Below are positions 1-12,936 of a stretch of 64,000 nt of DNA, piece by piece. The stretch is taken from the NCBI GenBank assembly GCA_047495785.1, contig JBLDXI010000043.1:372001-436000 (forward strand). The letters run 5' to 3'. Source of the DNA: Lepidodermella squamata. Its lineage: Eukaryota > Animalia > Gastrotricha. The notes beneath the pieces are model-generated. The model was not told where the DNA came from and did not search any database. It was given only the letters and a program-made list of their open reading frames with translations. The position numbers and the translations under genes were made by a program. Position 1 is the first letter of the stretch, and the number at the start of each line of letters is the position of its first letter.

Positions 1-578
1 AAGAAATTATACGTATAATAATAAGAAATTTTACTTCAAAGATAACGTTGAAGACTAAACCTCTCCAAATGCCCAGATTATTCTAAACCTTGGATTTTCC
101 GTGAATGAGTGGGCCCGGCAATTCTGCATGACGTGATACTGCTGGTTCAGTCCGGTTTTATTTCGTAATTGTCACTCTTTTGTTTGAAATCGAACATTGA
201 AATTCAGAAAATCCGGAATTGAGAGCCGGGGAAATCTCGGCCATAGTGTGAGAAATACATTGAAGAACAGCGAGGTTATTCAAGGATAGCGTGAATAGCG
301 AGGAGATGCATTAAAAAATGGAGCGCTAGCCGACAGTAAATCCCAGTAATTTACCGGGCGTCGTCTAATGAAGTTTTATCACATCTTTAGCGCCGTCGAA
401 AAACTCGGATTTAGGCGTTTTTACATGAGACCCAAAGTGATTGGTAAAAGATAAAAAATCGTTAGGTTTTGTCACTTCGTTAACGCCGTTTTTTACTTGT
501 CACCCGTCACCTGGAAATGAATGTTTCATTTTGAGTTTTTATGGTTTTAGCTTTGAGTCACGTTTTGACAGGTTGTGT

Positions 579-1962
579 ACAACGAGCGATACCACCATTG
601 TGCCAGATTCAGCAGCGACATTGAAGGCAAGATCGCATACAATGCAATACAATTTCTCAACATTACCTACAGTTACTATTTGAATACTCGAGTCAGCGGA
701 GAATGTTGCCTGAAATTGAGAAATTGCTGGAGGATAGGCGTCTGAATTTGGATGTGAACAGTCGAAACGACGACGGCTTCACGCCACTGATGATTGCAGC
801 TCAGAAAGGATTCAATGAATTCATGAAGCCATTAGTAGAAACGTATGGAGCCAACGTTGACTTGAAAGACGATCAAGGCAGAACAGCAGTGTACATGGCT
901 GCTAAATATGGGCATATCAGAGTTGTGCAAGTCCTCGCCAAAGATTTGAGGGCGAATGTCGAAGCAGCGGAGAATGGCGGAGCGACGCCGTTATACATAG
1001 CTGCTCAGAATGGCCACTTGGACATCGTGAAACTTCTCGCTGATGACTTCAAGGCCAAAGTGAATGCAGCGGCAGATGATGGGGTTACGCCGTTATGGAT
1101 CGCTGCTCAGGAGGGTCACTTGGACATCGTAAAGCTTCTTGTTGGAGACTTCAACGCTGATGTGAATGCAGCGGCGGATGATGGCCTTACACCATTAACA
1201 ATTGCTGCTCAGCAAGGTCACTCGGAAGTCGTAAAGCTTCTCGCTCGAGACTTCAATGCCGAAGTAAATGCGGCGAGGAACGACGGTTCTACGCCGTTGT
1301 TTTTCGCTGCCTTCTACAATCATGCAAAAATCGTGAAGCTCCTCGCTGGAGACTATGAAGCTGATGTGAATGCAGCTAGGAACGACGGTGTCACGCCGTT
1401 ATTCGTCGCTGCTTACAACAGTCACTCGGAAATCGTGAAGCTTCTCGCCGGAGACTTCAAAGCCAACGTGAATGCAGCGACGAATGATGGCGTTACGCCA
1501 TTATTCGTCGCCGCTCAGGAGGGTTACTTCGAAATCGTTAGGCTTCTCACTGAAGACTTCAAAGCCGATGTGAATGCTGCCAGACAAGATGGTGTTACGC
1601 CGTTATTCGTGGCTGCTCAGAATGGCCACTTGGATGTCGTGAAGCTTCTCGTTAGAGACTTCAAAACCGATGTGAATGCATGGGCTGATGATGGTTCTAC
1701 GCCATTATTTATGGCTGCTCAGAATGGTCACTTGGAAGTTGTAAAGCTTCTCGTTGGAGACTTTAACGCCGATGTGAATGCAGCGACGAATGACTGCGTT
1801 ACGCCTTTATTCATAGCTGCTCAGGAGGGTCACTTGGAAGTCGTGAAGCTTCTCGCCGGAGACGTCAAAGCCGATGTGAACGCAGCGAGAAATGATGGTC
1901 TTACGCCGGTATCCGTGGCTGCTCAGATGGGTCACTTGGATATTGTTAATGTTCTCGCATAA
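579..1962 (+). CDS. Kinase-ankyrin family copy A: linker remnant (579-626), GC-AG intron (627-672), ankyrin exon (673-1962, 12 x 34-aa repeats); kinase exons absent from the window
   Basis: ORF 703-1962 is a TPLxxAAxxGHxEIVKLL array. The upstream TSDTTIVPDSAATLK and LLFEYSSQRRMLPE match the linker and exon start of copies B and C. Homology stops at about 579. Confidence 0.85.
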
Positions 1963-1990
1963 TCGTTCTATGCAGAGAAGGCGCGAGATA

Positions 1991-2670
1991 AGGGTGCTGT
2001 CCGTTAATAGACGCCTTCCTATAACGGTCTCCACGCTGTCTTAGCTTTGATTTTAAGGCGCCTGACATAAAGGTAAATGCTCGAATATCACTGGAATGCA
2101 TTTATTGGGATGGCGGGTTTTCTCTGCAGCCATAAACTGCCATTCGATTGTCTCGCCTGATAATACATAATAATAATAAAACAAAAAACCTATCGATGAG
2201 ATCTAGCTATCGATGAGATATGGCTGGAGTTTGTAACCTATAATGCAGATTTCAAATTACACCAGGTATGCTATGAAAGTTAGGATTAACTATGTATTGA
2301 GTTATACTTTTTCTATACACTCGTAATCCAATTTTTCATAAGGTATTGGAAGTAATTAGGGCTGACTGCAGCTGGCTAAAATTTCAAATACGTTATTGTC
2401 CACAAATGACCACAAATGAAATGATTTATTTTACGTCCTCCGGTGGAATTAAAAAGTGGGGACGGCGACGGGCGATCAGCTCGAGTCTGAGGGATCAGTC
2501 GCGAACGTTATTGTCGTCTTTAAATTTACATTTCGGACTGAAAAGTCGCTCGTTGAATTGTCGTGGCTGAAATGTCGCTCTTTTTACTTTAAATATAGGC
2601 TCGTTCGTTGCGGGCTGAATTTTCTGCTCAATAGGCGGGACTGAAAAGTCGGGGCTGAGAGGTCGTGGCC
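1991..2670 (+). repeat. 3' flank of copy A, duplicated at about 19920-20530
   Basis: TCCGTTAATAGACGCCTTC...ATAACGGTCTCCAC through GGGACTGAAAAGTCGGGGCTGAGAGGTCGTGG is colinear at both sites. Confidence 0.9.
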
Positions 2671-3075
2671 ACAAGGTCGTGAAACAAGATGTTAAATCTT
2701 GGTTTGATGATCGGGGCTTGATATCGGCGTTCTGTTCCATGACTCTTGACTACTGATTCTTCGGCCAGCCGGACAGCATGAAAGTTTCGCCGACGAATGA
2801 AGGTTGATCAAAATAAAGTTGCAAAGAAGAAAAAATTCGCCGAATGAAAAGTGATTTTCTTTTACAAACGAATAATCATTTTCGTGAAATTTTAAGTTGG
2901 ATGTTATATTTTCTCAAAATGATTATCACAAATTCCCCACTATGAACCTAATGCACCCATTTGTGGAGCCCAGGAGTGTTATGCGTCGGAATAGGATCAC
3001 TCTATGGCAAACCATGGAGAAATATAATTTCCCCAAGATCTGAAACCCTGAGTGAGTTTGGCTGCGCAGGCAAAC

Positions 3076-3600
3076 TCACTCGGCAGCCAAACTAACTCGG
3101 GGTTCCAGAGAGGGTTGCATAGAGTATTCCCTTATTCTGTTCAAACTGACAGTGAGCAAATGTCGCATGCTAAAAAGACTTTGCTGAATTGTCGACTGCT
3201 TAAAAATGTTGAACTGAGTTCTGCTGAACTGTCTTACTGCCTCGGTGTCTTCGTCGCGAAGCAACGCGACTAGGTTCCACGTCGGCAACCGCCGACCACC
3301 CGCAAGTTTATTCACCTTGCTGTTGTAGCCCTCACCTTGGGCTCCTCGCGGCCAACGCTGAACCATTGGTCGCGCCTTGACGAAAAGACACAGTGATGGG
3401 GGCGACGCAACTTCGAGAGCCGCAAAAGTAACCTTGATCGCGTCCAGGGGCAGTAGCGCAAGCGCCATGAATCGACGAATGAAGCGGCGGAACACCGGAA
3501 CTTGCCGGTAACGACGCCAGTACCCGTTTTCCTTGATGTAAGAAAGTATGCACTTGCAATAATGAAAAAGTCGCGAATCGAGAGCAAGAATCCCGTTTCG
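3076..3600 (-). mobile_element. Mutator-like (MULE) transposase C-terminal remnant
   Basis: FHYCKCI...GYWRRY...FRRFIRRFMALALLP and EGYNSKVNKL...WNLVALLRDE resemble the MULE CxFH, LAFLP and TNNxxEGxN motifs. The N-terminal catalytic part is missing. Confidence 0.7.
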
Positions 3601-3870
3601 AAGTCGACGGTTATGATTTTTTTCGGAAAAATTGAGTTTGCCGTCTTGCATTAACAGCCGGAAAATGAGGCGGTGGCAATCTTCACTCTTGTCACTCTTT
3701 TGCGAGAGAAAGACGAAGATAGCCGGCAACGCGACCCACTCGTCGACCTCGTAACTTAACAATTTTGAGACGCTGTTCGGTGGTGTATTTGAGAAAAACC
3801 ATATTTTTAATTCAATGCTAACGCTCAACCAAGGATTTATTTCAGCGATCTGATACTAATAAGTTTGCTT

Positions 3871-4443
3871 CATGAATATGAACACCATAGATACAATTCA
3901 GTAGAGATCGCACACTCGCGTAAAAAAGGGTGTTCGCCATGGGCGCCAGATGGTCAGCTGATTCATCAGAGGCTTGAAGGCCTAGTAAACAAAATTTTCG
4001 ATTATTTTTTTGTTGGTTCCGATCGAAGTTTAAAATGAATATAATTTGATGGTTCCAAATAGGCGACATTACTAGGAACACGATGCGGGCTACCTGAACC
4101 ATTAATAAATGGCTTCAATTTAAACTTCATAGATCAGGAAGTTATATTTTTTTTATAATATCGAAACTGTTTATTGTTTATAAAACCAGTTAAAATTCCT
4201 GTAAAAATTTCGAAAAAATAATCAGCGGGTTCCTTGTGATTTCCTCTGTCTGGATCCATCAACCAAACCCTTGGAAAAATCGAAGCGGTGACGGAACCAG
4301 CTAAAAACCATCGAATATTTTGTTTACTTTACCTCCAAGCGCTGATGAATCAGCTGACCATCTGGCGCCCATGGCGTAGCACCCTTTTTCTCGTGAGTAA
4401 GCAGTCTATCCTAAATTATGTCTATGGTCACTGTATTAGCATG
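3871..4443. mobile_element. MITE-like foldback element
   Basis: Perfect 35-bp inverted repeat at 3935-3969 / 4342-4376, with degenerate symmetry extending outward. Confidence 0.75.
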
Positions 4444-4786
4444 TCGTAGGTTTATTTATAAAGGCCCTCCGCCGGCCGGCGCTATAGGCACAGAATAGTT
4501 GTTATCAGAGCGTGAACATATATTGCCCCCATGCTATCTAGGGCTCGAAGCATTAAGAAATTGAACATTATCACAGGCAGTTCATATTTTCGAGTTTTAT
4601 GTTGTTATTTTTTTTTATTTTTGTTTTTTTATTTTTGTCGATTTTTGTTGGCTTTTTGTGCGTTTTTGTAGAAAGGTAGAATAGTCGATCGAGGGTTCGG
4701 GCTCGTTGCGCCAATTGAGTAGGGCTGAAAATTATCGAGGCAATAATAAAGGGCTTACAGGCAGGGCTATTCCAGCTCATCAGACA

Positions 4787-4887
4787 AGGCTCAGGTTCAG
4801 AAAGGCTCAAGGCTCAAGGGTCAGGCTTATGACGGCTCAGGCTCAAGCTCAGGCTCAGGCTCAGGCTCAGGTTCAGGTTCAGGGCTC
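4787..4887 (+). repeat. (GGCTCA)n / (GGTTCA)n hexamer microsatellite
   Basis: Directly visible tandem hexamers; explains the spurious AQAQAQ ORF. Confidence 0.9.
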
Positions 4888-5477
4888 TGTAAGGCAAGGC
4901 AGAGATCAATTCGTTAAACAGTAAGCTTACATTTTTTCCGGATGGCTCGAGAGGGGCACAGAAGGGCGAGGATCGCAAGGGCACCTAGAGGAATACAGGA
5001 AGCCACAGGCTCACATTAGTTTTTAGGGAAAATGTCGGTGATGAGGCGGCAGGGCTTAGCCGGGGCACCAATGCAGTCTCGCAAGTGCCATACTTGGTAA
5101 TATATCTACTGTTTGCGTTTGTTCGCCGTTGCAATGAAAATACTATTACTGGCATCCTGCTGATGACCAAATTTGCGTTCAAGCCGGTTGGCGGTTGGGT
5201 TTATTCTTTATTTGAATTCACCCTGGGAAATTGCAAATACCCGTCATTCAAGTCATCAAGAATGAAGCAAGTGACAGTGAAGTAACATTGATATAGCTAC
5301 AAACTAATAATACAATTACTATCGGAGATGCGGTTAAATTTTATTGTCAGCATTCTCAGCAAATCATAAAATTGTATTGCCAGACAGTGGGTATTGTCAG
5401 CATGACGTATTTGTGTCGCTCATCTCCAGCGTTTTACGAAATTCCGAAGGTTTCTCGTTCCTAATCTGAGTCGCAGT

Positions 5478-8400
5478 TCATGATTCATTTGAATCGGCTT
5501 TAGAGTCTCGAGCGAGAAGCGTCGAGATTTCCGAGTGACCATTCGCAGTAGCAATCATTAGCGGCGTAGAGCCATCCTTCCTCGCTGCATTACGTTTGGC
5601 TTTCAAGTCTCCGGCGAGAAGCTTCACGATCTCCAAATGACCGTTCTCAGAAGCCATGAATAATGGTGTTGTACCGTCATGCGTTGCCGCATTAACATCG
5701 GCTTTAAAATCTCGAGCGAGAAGCTTCACGATTTCCGAGTGACCCTTCGCAGCAGCAATCATTAGCGGCGTAGAGCCATCCTTCCTCGCTGCATTACGTT
5801 TAGCTTTGAAGTTTCCGGCGAGAAGCTTCACGATCTCCAAATGACCGTTCTCAGAAGCCATGAATAATGGTGTTGTACCGTCATGCGTTGCCGCATTAAC
5901 ATCAGCTTTAAAATCTCGAGCGAGAAGCTTCACGATTTCCGAGTGACCCTTCGCAGCAGCAATCATTAGCGGCGTAGAGCCATCATTCCTCGCTGCATTA
6001 CGTTTAGCTTTGAAGTTTCCGGCGAGATGCTTAACGATTTCTGAGTGACCATTCGCAGCAGCGACAAATAAAGGCGTTTCACCATCATCTGCCGCTGCAT
6101 CAACATTGGCTTTGAAGTCTCCTGCAAGAAGCTCCACGACCTCCAAATGACCATTGTGAGCGGCAATGCATAACGGCGTAACACCATCATTCTTCGCTGC
6201 ATTAATATCGGCTTCAAAATCTCGAGCGAGAAGCTTCACGATCTCCAAATGACCGTTCTCAGAAGCCATAAAAAATGGTGTTGTACCGTCATGCGTTGCC
6301 GCATTAACATCGCCTTTAAAATCTCGAGCGAGAAGCTTCACGATTTCCGAGTGACCCTTCGCAGCAGCAATCATTAGCGGCGTAGAGCCATCCTTCCTCG
6401 CTGCATTACGTTTGGCTTTCAAGTCTCCGGCGAGAAGCTTCACGATTTCTAAGTGACCATTCTGAGCAGCCATGTATAACGGCGTAGCACCGGTACTTCT
6501 CGCTGCATTAACATTGGCTTTAAAGTCTCGTGCGAGAAGCTTCACAATTTCTAAGTGACCATTCGCAGCAGCGACAAATAAAGGCGTTTCACCATCATCC
6601 GCCGCTGCATCAACATTGGCTTTGAAGTCTCCTGCAAGAAGCTCAACGACCTCCAAATGACCTTTGTGAGCGGCAATGCATAACGGCGTAGCACCATTCT
6701 TCCATGATGCATTCACATTGGCTTTGAATTCTCCAGCGAGAAGCTTCACGATTTCTAAGTGACCATTCTGAGCAGCGATCCATAATGGCGTAGCACCATC
6801 ATCATCTGCCGCCGCATTCACATTGGCTTTTAAGTCTCCCGCGAGAAGCTTAACAACCTCAAAATGACCATTCGCAGCAGCGATCCATAACGGCGTTGCA
6901 CCATCATTCATCTTTGCATTCACATTGGCTTTGAATTCTCCAGCAAGAAGCTTCACGATCTCCAAATGACCGTTCTCAGAAGCGATGTAGAACGGCGTTG
7001 CACCATCATTCATCGCTGCATTAACATTGGCTTTGAAATCTCGAGCGAGAAGCTTCACGATTTCTGAGTGGCCATTCTGAGCAGCCACGAATAACGGCGT
7101 CACACCATCTTGTCTGGAAGCATTCACATCGGCTTTAAAGTCTTCAGCGAGAAGCCTAACGATTTCTGAGTGACCTTTCGCAGCAGCGATCCACAATGGC
7201 GTTGCACCATCATTCATCGCAGCATTAACATTGGCTTTGAAGTCTCCTGCAAGAAGCTTAACGACCTCCAAATGACCGTTTTCAGAAGCGATGTATAACG
7301 GCGTTGCACAATCATCCGTTGCTACATTTACATGGGCTTTGAATTCTCCAGCCAGAAGCTTTACGATCTCCAAATGACCGTTCTCAGAAACGATGTAGAA
7401 CGGCGTTGCACCATCAATCCTCGCTGCATTAACATTAGCTTTGAGGTCCCCTGCGAGAAGCTTCACGATTTCTGAGTGACCATTCGCAGCAGCGATCCAT
7501 AATGGCGTAGTACCGTCATGCGTTGCCGCATTGATATTGGCTTTGAATTCTCCAGCCAGAAGCTTCACGACCTCCAAATGACCGTTGTGAGCGGCGATGT
7601 ATAATGGCGTAATAGCATCATCCATTACTGCATTCACATCCGCTTTGAAATCTCGAGCGAGAACCCTCACAACTTCGCAGTGACCATTATAAGCGGCGAT
7701 GCATAACGGCGTAGTTCCAGAATCTCCCGCCCCATTCACATCGGCTTTGAATTCTCCAGCGAGAAGCTTCACGATTTCTGAGTGACCATTAGCAGCAGCG
7801 ATCCATAATGGCGTAGCACCATCATCATCTGCCGCCGCATTCACAGTGGCTTTTAAGTCTCCCGCGAGAAGCTTAACAACCTCCAAATGACCATTAGCAG
7901 CAGCGATCATTAGCGGCGTAGTGCCTTCATGCGTTGCCGCATTGACATTGGCTCTGAAGTCTCCTGCGAGAAGCTTCACGATCTCCAAATGACCGTTCTG
8001 AGAAGCGATGTATAATGGTGTTATTCCGTCATGCGTTGCTGCATGGGCATCGGCTTTGAAGTCAACAGCGAGAAGCTTCACGATTTCCAAGTGACCATGC
8101 TGAGCAGCGATCATCAGCAGCGTTGTACCGTCATGCTTTGCTGCATTTACATTGGCTTTTAAGTCTCGAGCCAACATTTTCACGATTTCCAAATGATTAT
8201 TTTGAGCGGCGGTCCATAATGCGGCATACAATTTCCCTTTAAATGTTTCAGCGAGAAGCTTCACGATTTTTATGTTGCCGTGCTTTGCAGCAATGTATAA
8301 TGGCGTGGTACCATCACCCGTCGCTGCATTCACGTCAGCGTTGAAATCTCCAGCGAGAAGCTTCACGATTTCCAAATGACCCTCCTGAGCAGCCATGAAT

Positions 8401-11400
8401 AACGCCGTGGCGCCATTTTTCATTGCTGCATTCACATTGGCTTTGAAGTCTCCAGCGAGAAGCTTTACGATTTCCAAGTGACCATTCTGAGCTGCGATGT
8501 GCAACGGCGTTTCTCCGCCGTTTTCGGCTACTTCGATATTTGCACGCAAATCTTTGACAAGAACGCGCACAACTCTGATATGTCCATTTTTAGCGGCTAT
8601 GTATACAGCTGTTCTGCCTTGATCGTCGATCGAGTCAACGTTGGCGCCATACTTTTCTACTAATGGCTTCATGAATTCGTCGAATCCTTCCTGAGCTGCG
8701 ATCATCAGTGGCGTGAAGCCGTCGTCGTTCCGACTGTTCACATCCAAATTAAATCGCCTATCCTCCAGGAGTTTTTCTATTTCAGGCCACATTCTTCGTT
8801 CCCTTGAATATTTGAAAAGCAACTGTAAGTAATGATTTTGAATGTAAAAGGTGTACTGAAGAGTATGCGATTGAGCTTGCCTTCAAAGCCGCACCTGGCT
8901 CGAGTACAGCGGTGGTATCGCTTGTTGGTATGGCTGTAGCTCCGCTGCTGTTTTCTCGATTTGGCATCAAAAAAATACTCTTTAACAAATCGTCTGCTGT
9001 AGCTCGTTTTGTTTTTTCATTTCGGAGCATAGACCACACGAAGTCATGAAACTCAGCAGACCGTTGTTGATTATCTTCGAACTTTGGCTTCGTGCACCTG
9101 AGACAGACGAGATATAGACAAATCATACAATCTACTAAGAAAATAATCCCCTTTCGAAAAGCGCTTCCTGCAATTCAACAAAATAAATAACTTTGTTTTG
9201 TTGAATCGGGGGTTATTTTATGGTTATTTGTAAAATTAAAATTCATTTAAACATGTGTAAAAAACTAAATAAAAGTTTTATTTTTTATTTTGATTTCATT
9301 GAGGGCGAACAAAGAATCCCGCATAAGCCCAAATGAGAAGGAATAGCTATTCTTTTTATGCATTTACACATGTTACAATGTTTTAACCAATCGGACTGCG
9401 AGCAACAACCAAAATAGTAGTAAAGAGTAGTAAATCTGGGAAAGCCTGTTGTATCGTCCAAGTTCAATCAAATCTTAGTCTTAGTTTAATCTCGATCCTT
9501 GTTCTTCCTAATCCTTATTCTTCGTCAAATGTCGTCAATGTAACAGGTTGATGAGGCGAGTTTTTTGTTGCAAGAAGAACTTATTAATCATTATCAAAGA
9601 GTCGATTGCAGACTGCAGTTGCAAAGATCAAACTTCGTAGCTCATAACCTCAACACTAATTATCTATAATTAGGTACTTACTTACTGCTTACTGCAATAC
9701 TTGTAGATTGTAAGGTTTAACTTATTACCTTATAAAACATAAAATAGGCTAATGAATTAGTATTATGTGTTTAGTATTATGCTCTACTCTAATAGAGCTC
9801 TACTCTAAATTCTACCCATAGTGCATAGGGGCAGAAACCAGAAACACAGTAGAAGGTTTTAGTCCTCTGCAAGTAAATTTGAGCTATGGAAAAGTGTGCG
9901 AGGGCCATTTTCGCAACATAAAGAAGTCGTGTAAGAGGCCCGAGGACATCGAGAAAAGAAACAGAACACATCGAGGTTCCATCTTGAGGTAACGCGTAAC
10001 AAACGGACGCTCTACAAACGCCAGCGGCTCATCGGCCGCTGCCGCCAAAATCAAAATTTAAACTTTTCAGTTTTAAACACATGTTTAAATAAATTTTAAT
10101 TTTACCAATAACAAAAATATTTAAATCAAATTATTTAATAAACAAAATTTTATTTTCGTAAATCGGGGGTAAGAAGCGTTTTTCGAAAGGGAAGTATTTT
10201 CTTAGTAGATTAGATTTTGTAGCGTGGGTGGTTCCCCTAAAAACTGATCACAGTCGAGAGCAATTAAAGCTCGGGCATGTTGAAAAACGCACCTTTAGGA
10301 TTAGGAATTAAGGAGTAAAGAGTCATCGCAGTTACCTTCCTACTTGAAACAATTGTGACCACCCCTATCCACTAAAATGTTTGCAGTAAGTTTAGATCTT
10401 TTCATTTCTTTTCCTCGTATAGCTACATTGTGTGACCACTTGCGCGTTCTAATTTTTCTCCAATGCTATACGAGGTTTTGAACGACCAACTCGATTGATA
10501 ACGTCAAACAGCGTTAGAAATGTATTTTTGGGTATTTTTTGCGCCGTATTTCAGTTTGGAAAATCAAATTTTATTAAGGTGGAGTAATTGCACTCTCAGC
10601 GAAATAAAAGAGACAGAACAGCCAAGAAAACCACTCCCGACCTTCTTCAGGGATGAGGTCTCAAAATGTTCGGTAAATTGCTTAATAGTTTGCCATTTGC
10701 CATTTAAACCAAATGATTGGTATAGGATCCAATATTACAGGATAATAAACTAGTTTAATGAGCAAATTGGCAAAAAAGTTGGATTGGGAATCCAACTAAA
10801 TTGCTTATTAGACTACGACATATCTTTTGTGTGGACTGAAGAATCGATAATATCTAGAAATCCTGAAGTGATGACATCGTTGATTAGACTTAAACGTTAA
10901 ACGAAAAGAATCTGCTGTCATCTTTTATTTTCCCGAGAATAACAACATACTCATTCGACATCGAGCAATATGAAGCAATATGCGGTGAAGAAGGATGAGA
11001 GAAAAGCAACCGTGAGAATGATGAATTACTCAAGATCGCGCTGCCCTTGCGTTAGCCAGCTTCGCTACGCATTGACTGATGAAATCCGCTAAGAAAATTG
11101 CGTTTGTGCAACAAGTTTTGTGCAACTGCATTTGTGCAATCTTGTAAATCTTGTATGGTATAACATGAGTGATGAGTTCATATCTGAACCGAGTCGGCCG
11201 AGATGTACGAATTGAAACGAGCCGGAGGCGACTTGAGATGAGTAAATCGAGGACGGCGAGTTCAGATATAAACGATTTACGATACCGTTAACTATCGAAT
11301 TGGTTACTCGAAGCTACTCGACCTAGTTTTTTAGGACAATTCCAGATTTATATAAAAAATGACCTCGCCACGCCCTCTGCACGTTTTCCATTAACCACGA

Positions 11401-12660
11401 GCATAATATCTCGTAACATTTCATAATATTAATCCGTGGCAAACTACTGCGGCAAAAACACTTGCAAAAAATCTCATGGAACGTACGATCATAATGTTTC
11501 ATCCGGAAGTCATAAAGCAACGATCGATTGACCAATCAGCGCGCCCCTAGAAATGCTACTATTTATCTCAAGCACAATGGTAACGCGTAACGTGCGGACG
11601 CCCTCACTGATCTCTGATCTGTTATGTTAGTTTGCTACTAGGAAATAATTAGCTTAAGCCAAGGTTCGAGCGCGTGGCAAGCATTATAAATTCAAAACTT
11701 ACGAAATGATCTCATGTATTGTCGTGAACTAATAAAAAACGTGAAAACGGATTGACCCTAAAAAAATAATGTGAAATTATTACAGGTAGGCGAAAAGTAG
11801 CCAGCTCAAACAGCGTGACTCCAAGAGACCACCAATCACTGGCTGGTGAGTGCTGCTCCTTGTTGAAGATTTCAGGCGCGGCGTAGATCGGTGTTCCGAG
11901 TCCCAACGTTGTAGAGCTATTTGATCTGAAAAGGAGAAGTTTAGCTGATGGGCGTTAACAATAGTAGCTATTGCTTGCCCTCTGTAGATTTTAGCGAATC
12001 CGAAATCGCCCAGCTTGACAGTTTTTCTATCGGCTGAGAGGAAAATATTCGTTGGCTTGATATCGCGATGGAGTGCAGAATATTTGTGTAGACATGCTAT
12101 GGCCGAAACAAGTTGTCGAGCCCAATCGCGAATCAAATCTTCTGGAATGGGTTCTTTTGCCTCCTTAGCTCGATTAATGTAAGCTTGTAAATCTCCGCCG
12201 GGACAAAATTCCATGACGAGGTAGTACATTTCATCATTCAATCGCCACGGTAATCTATGTTGGTTAGTATCATCCAGTTCAAACAAAGGTTCTGGAATAA
12301 ATAAGTAGAATGAACGTGAAATAAAGTGTTTATTGACCTTCGAATGCGTCGAACATTGAGACTATGTTTACGTGCGTCAAATTTCGCAGCTTCACATGCT
12401 GATAGGTACAATCAGTAAGATCAGCATTCAAAATATCGATGTAGAACAAAAACCTCAGTGCGGCCTAATTTGACCAAGCTCTTCGCCTTATCTGGATCTG
12501 GATCATCTCCATATGTTCGTTGAATCGCGCTAAGATTGACCACCTTAATAGCATAGTCCGCAAAATCGTCTGTAACTTTGCAGTGCCAAACTGATCCAAA
12601 TGCGCCACAGCCCAAGCGTTTGATTTTGATGAATTCAGCGAATGATTCAAACCTCTGCAT
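5478..12660 (-). CDS. Kinase-ankyrin family copy B (complete): NEK-like Ser/Thr kinase plus 32 ankyrin repeats. Exons 12660-12454, 12398-12338, 12291-11979, 11925-11784, 11728-11703, 9097-8881, 8822-5478
   Basis: The exons splice in frame. Kinase motifs [43 protein letters not shown] and RATADDLL are present. Exon layout is the same as copy C. The ankyrin exon encodes 1114 aa. Confidence 0.85.
9129..10211. mobile_element. Non-autonomous DNA transposon with long imperfect TIRs inside intron 5 of copy B
   Basis: AATCTACTAAGAAAATA..CCCTTTCGAAAA.CGCTTC at 9129 is mirrored at 10211. A second mirrored block lies at about 9222-9258 / 10077-10112. Confidence 0.8.
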
Positions 12661-12936
12661 TTTTAGTATAGCAAATTTACGACCCTTGCTATCAGCGAGA
12701 ATGGTGGCTCGATCAGAATTAATAAATAAGCTTGCACAATCACAATGTAATATCTAACGAGCATCGATAATGTGACATAAAACATGACATAAGGGGAGTG
12801 CACAAAGGGGTGTAGCTTTTCTCTGAATGAAACAATTCGAAATCTCTCATCAGCCATCAGAGAAAAAATATGAAAGAAATAGTGAGAACACAGTTGACTT
12901 CTGTTGCTTAGTGGTAATTTTCGCTGAGTGATGGAC

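Noticed and set aside
4706-4924. AQ-repeat ORF
   Set aside because: Translation of a hexamer microsatellite.
5478-8822. CRISPR-like repeat-spacer array
   Set aside because: The 102-bp periodicity is an in-frame protein repeat; there are no unique spacers or cas genes.
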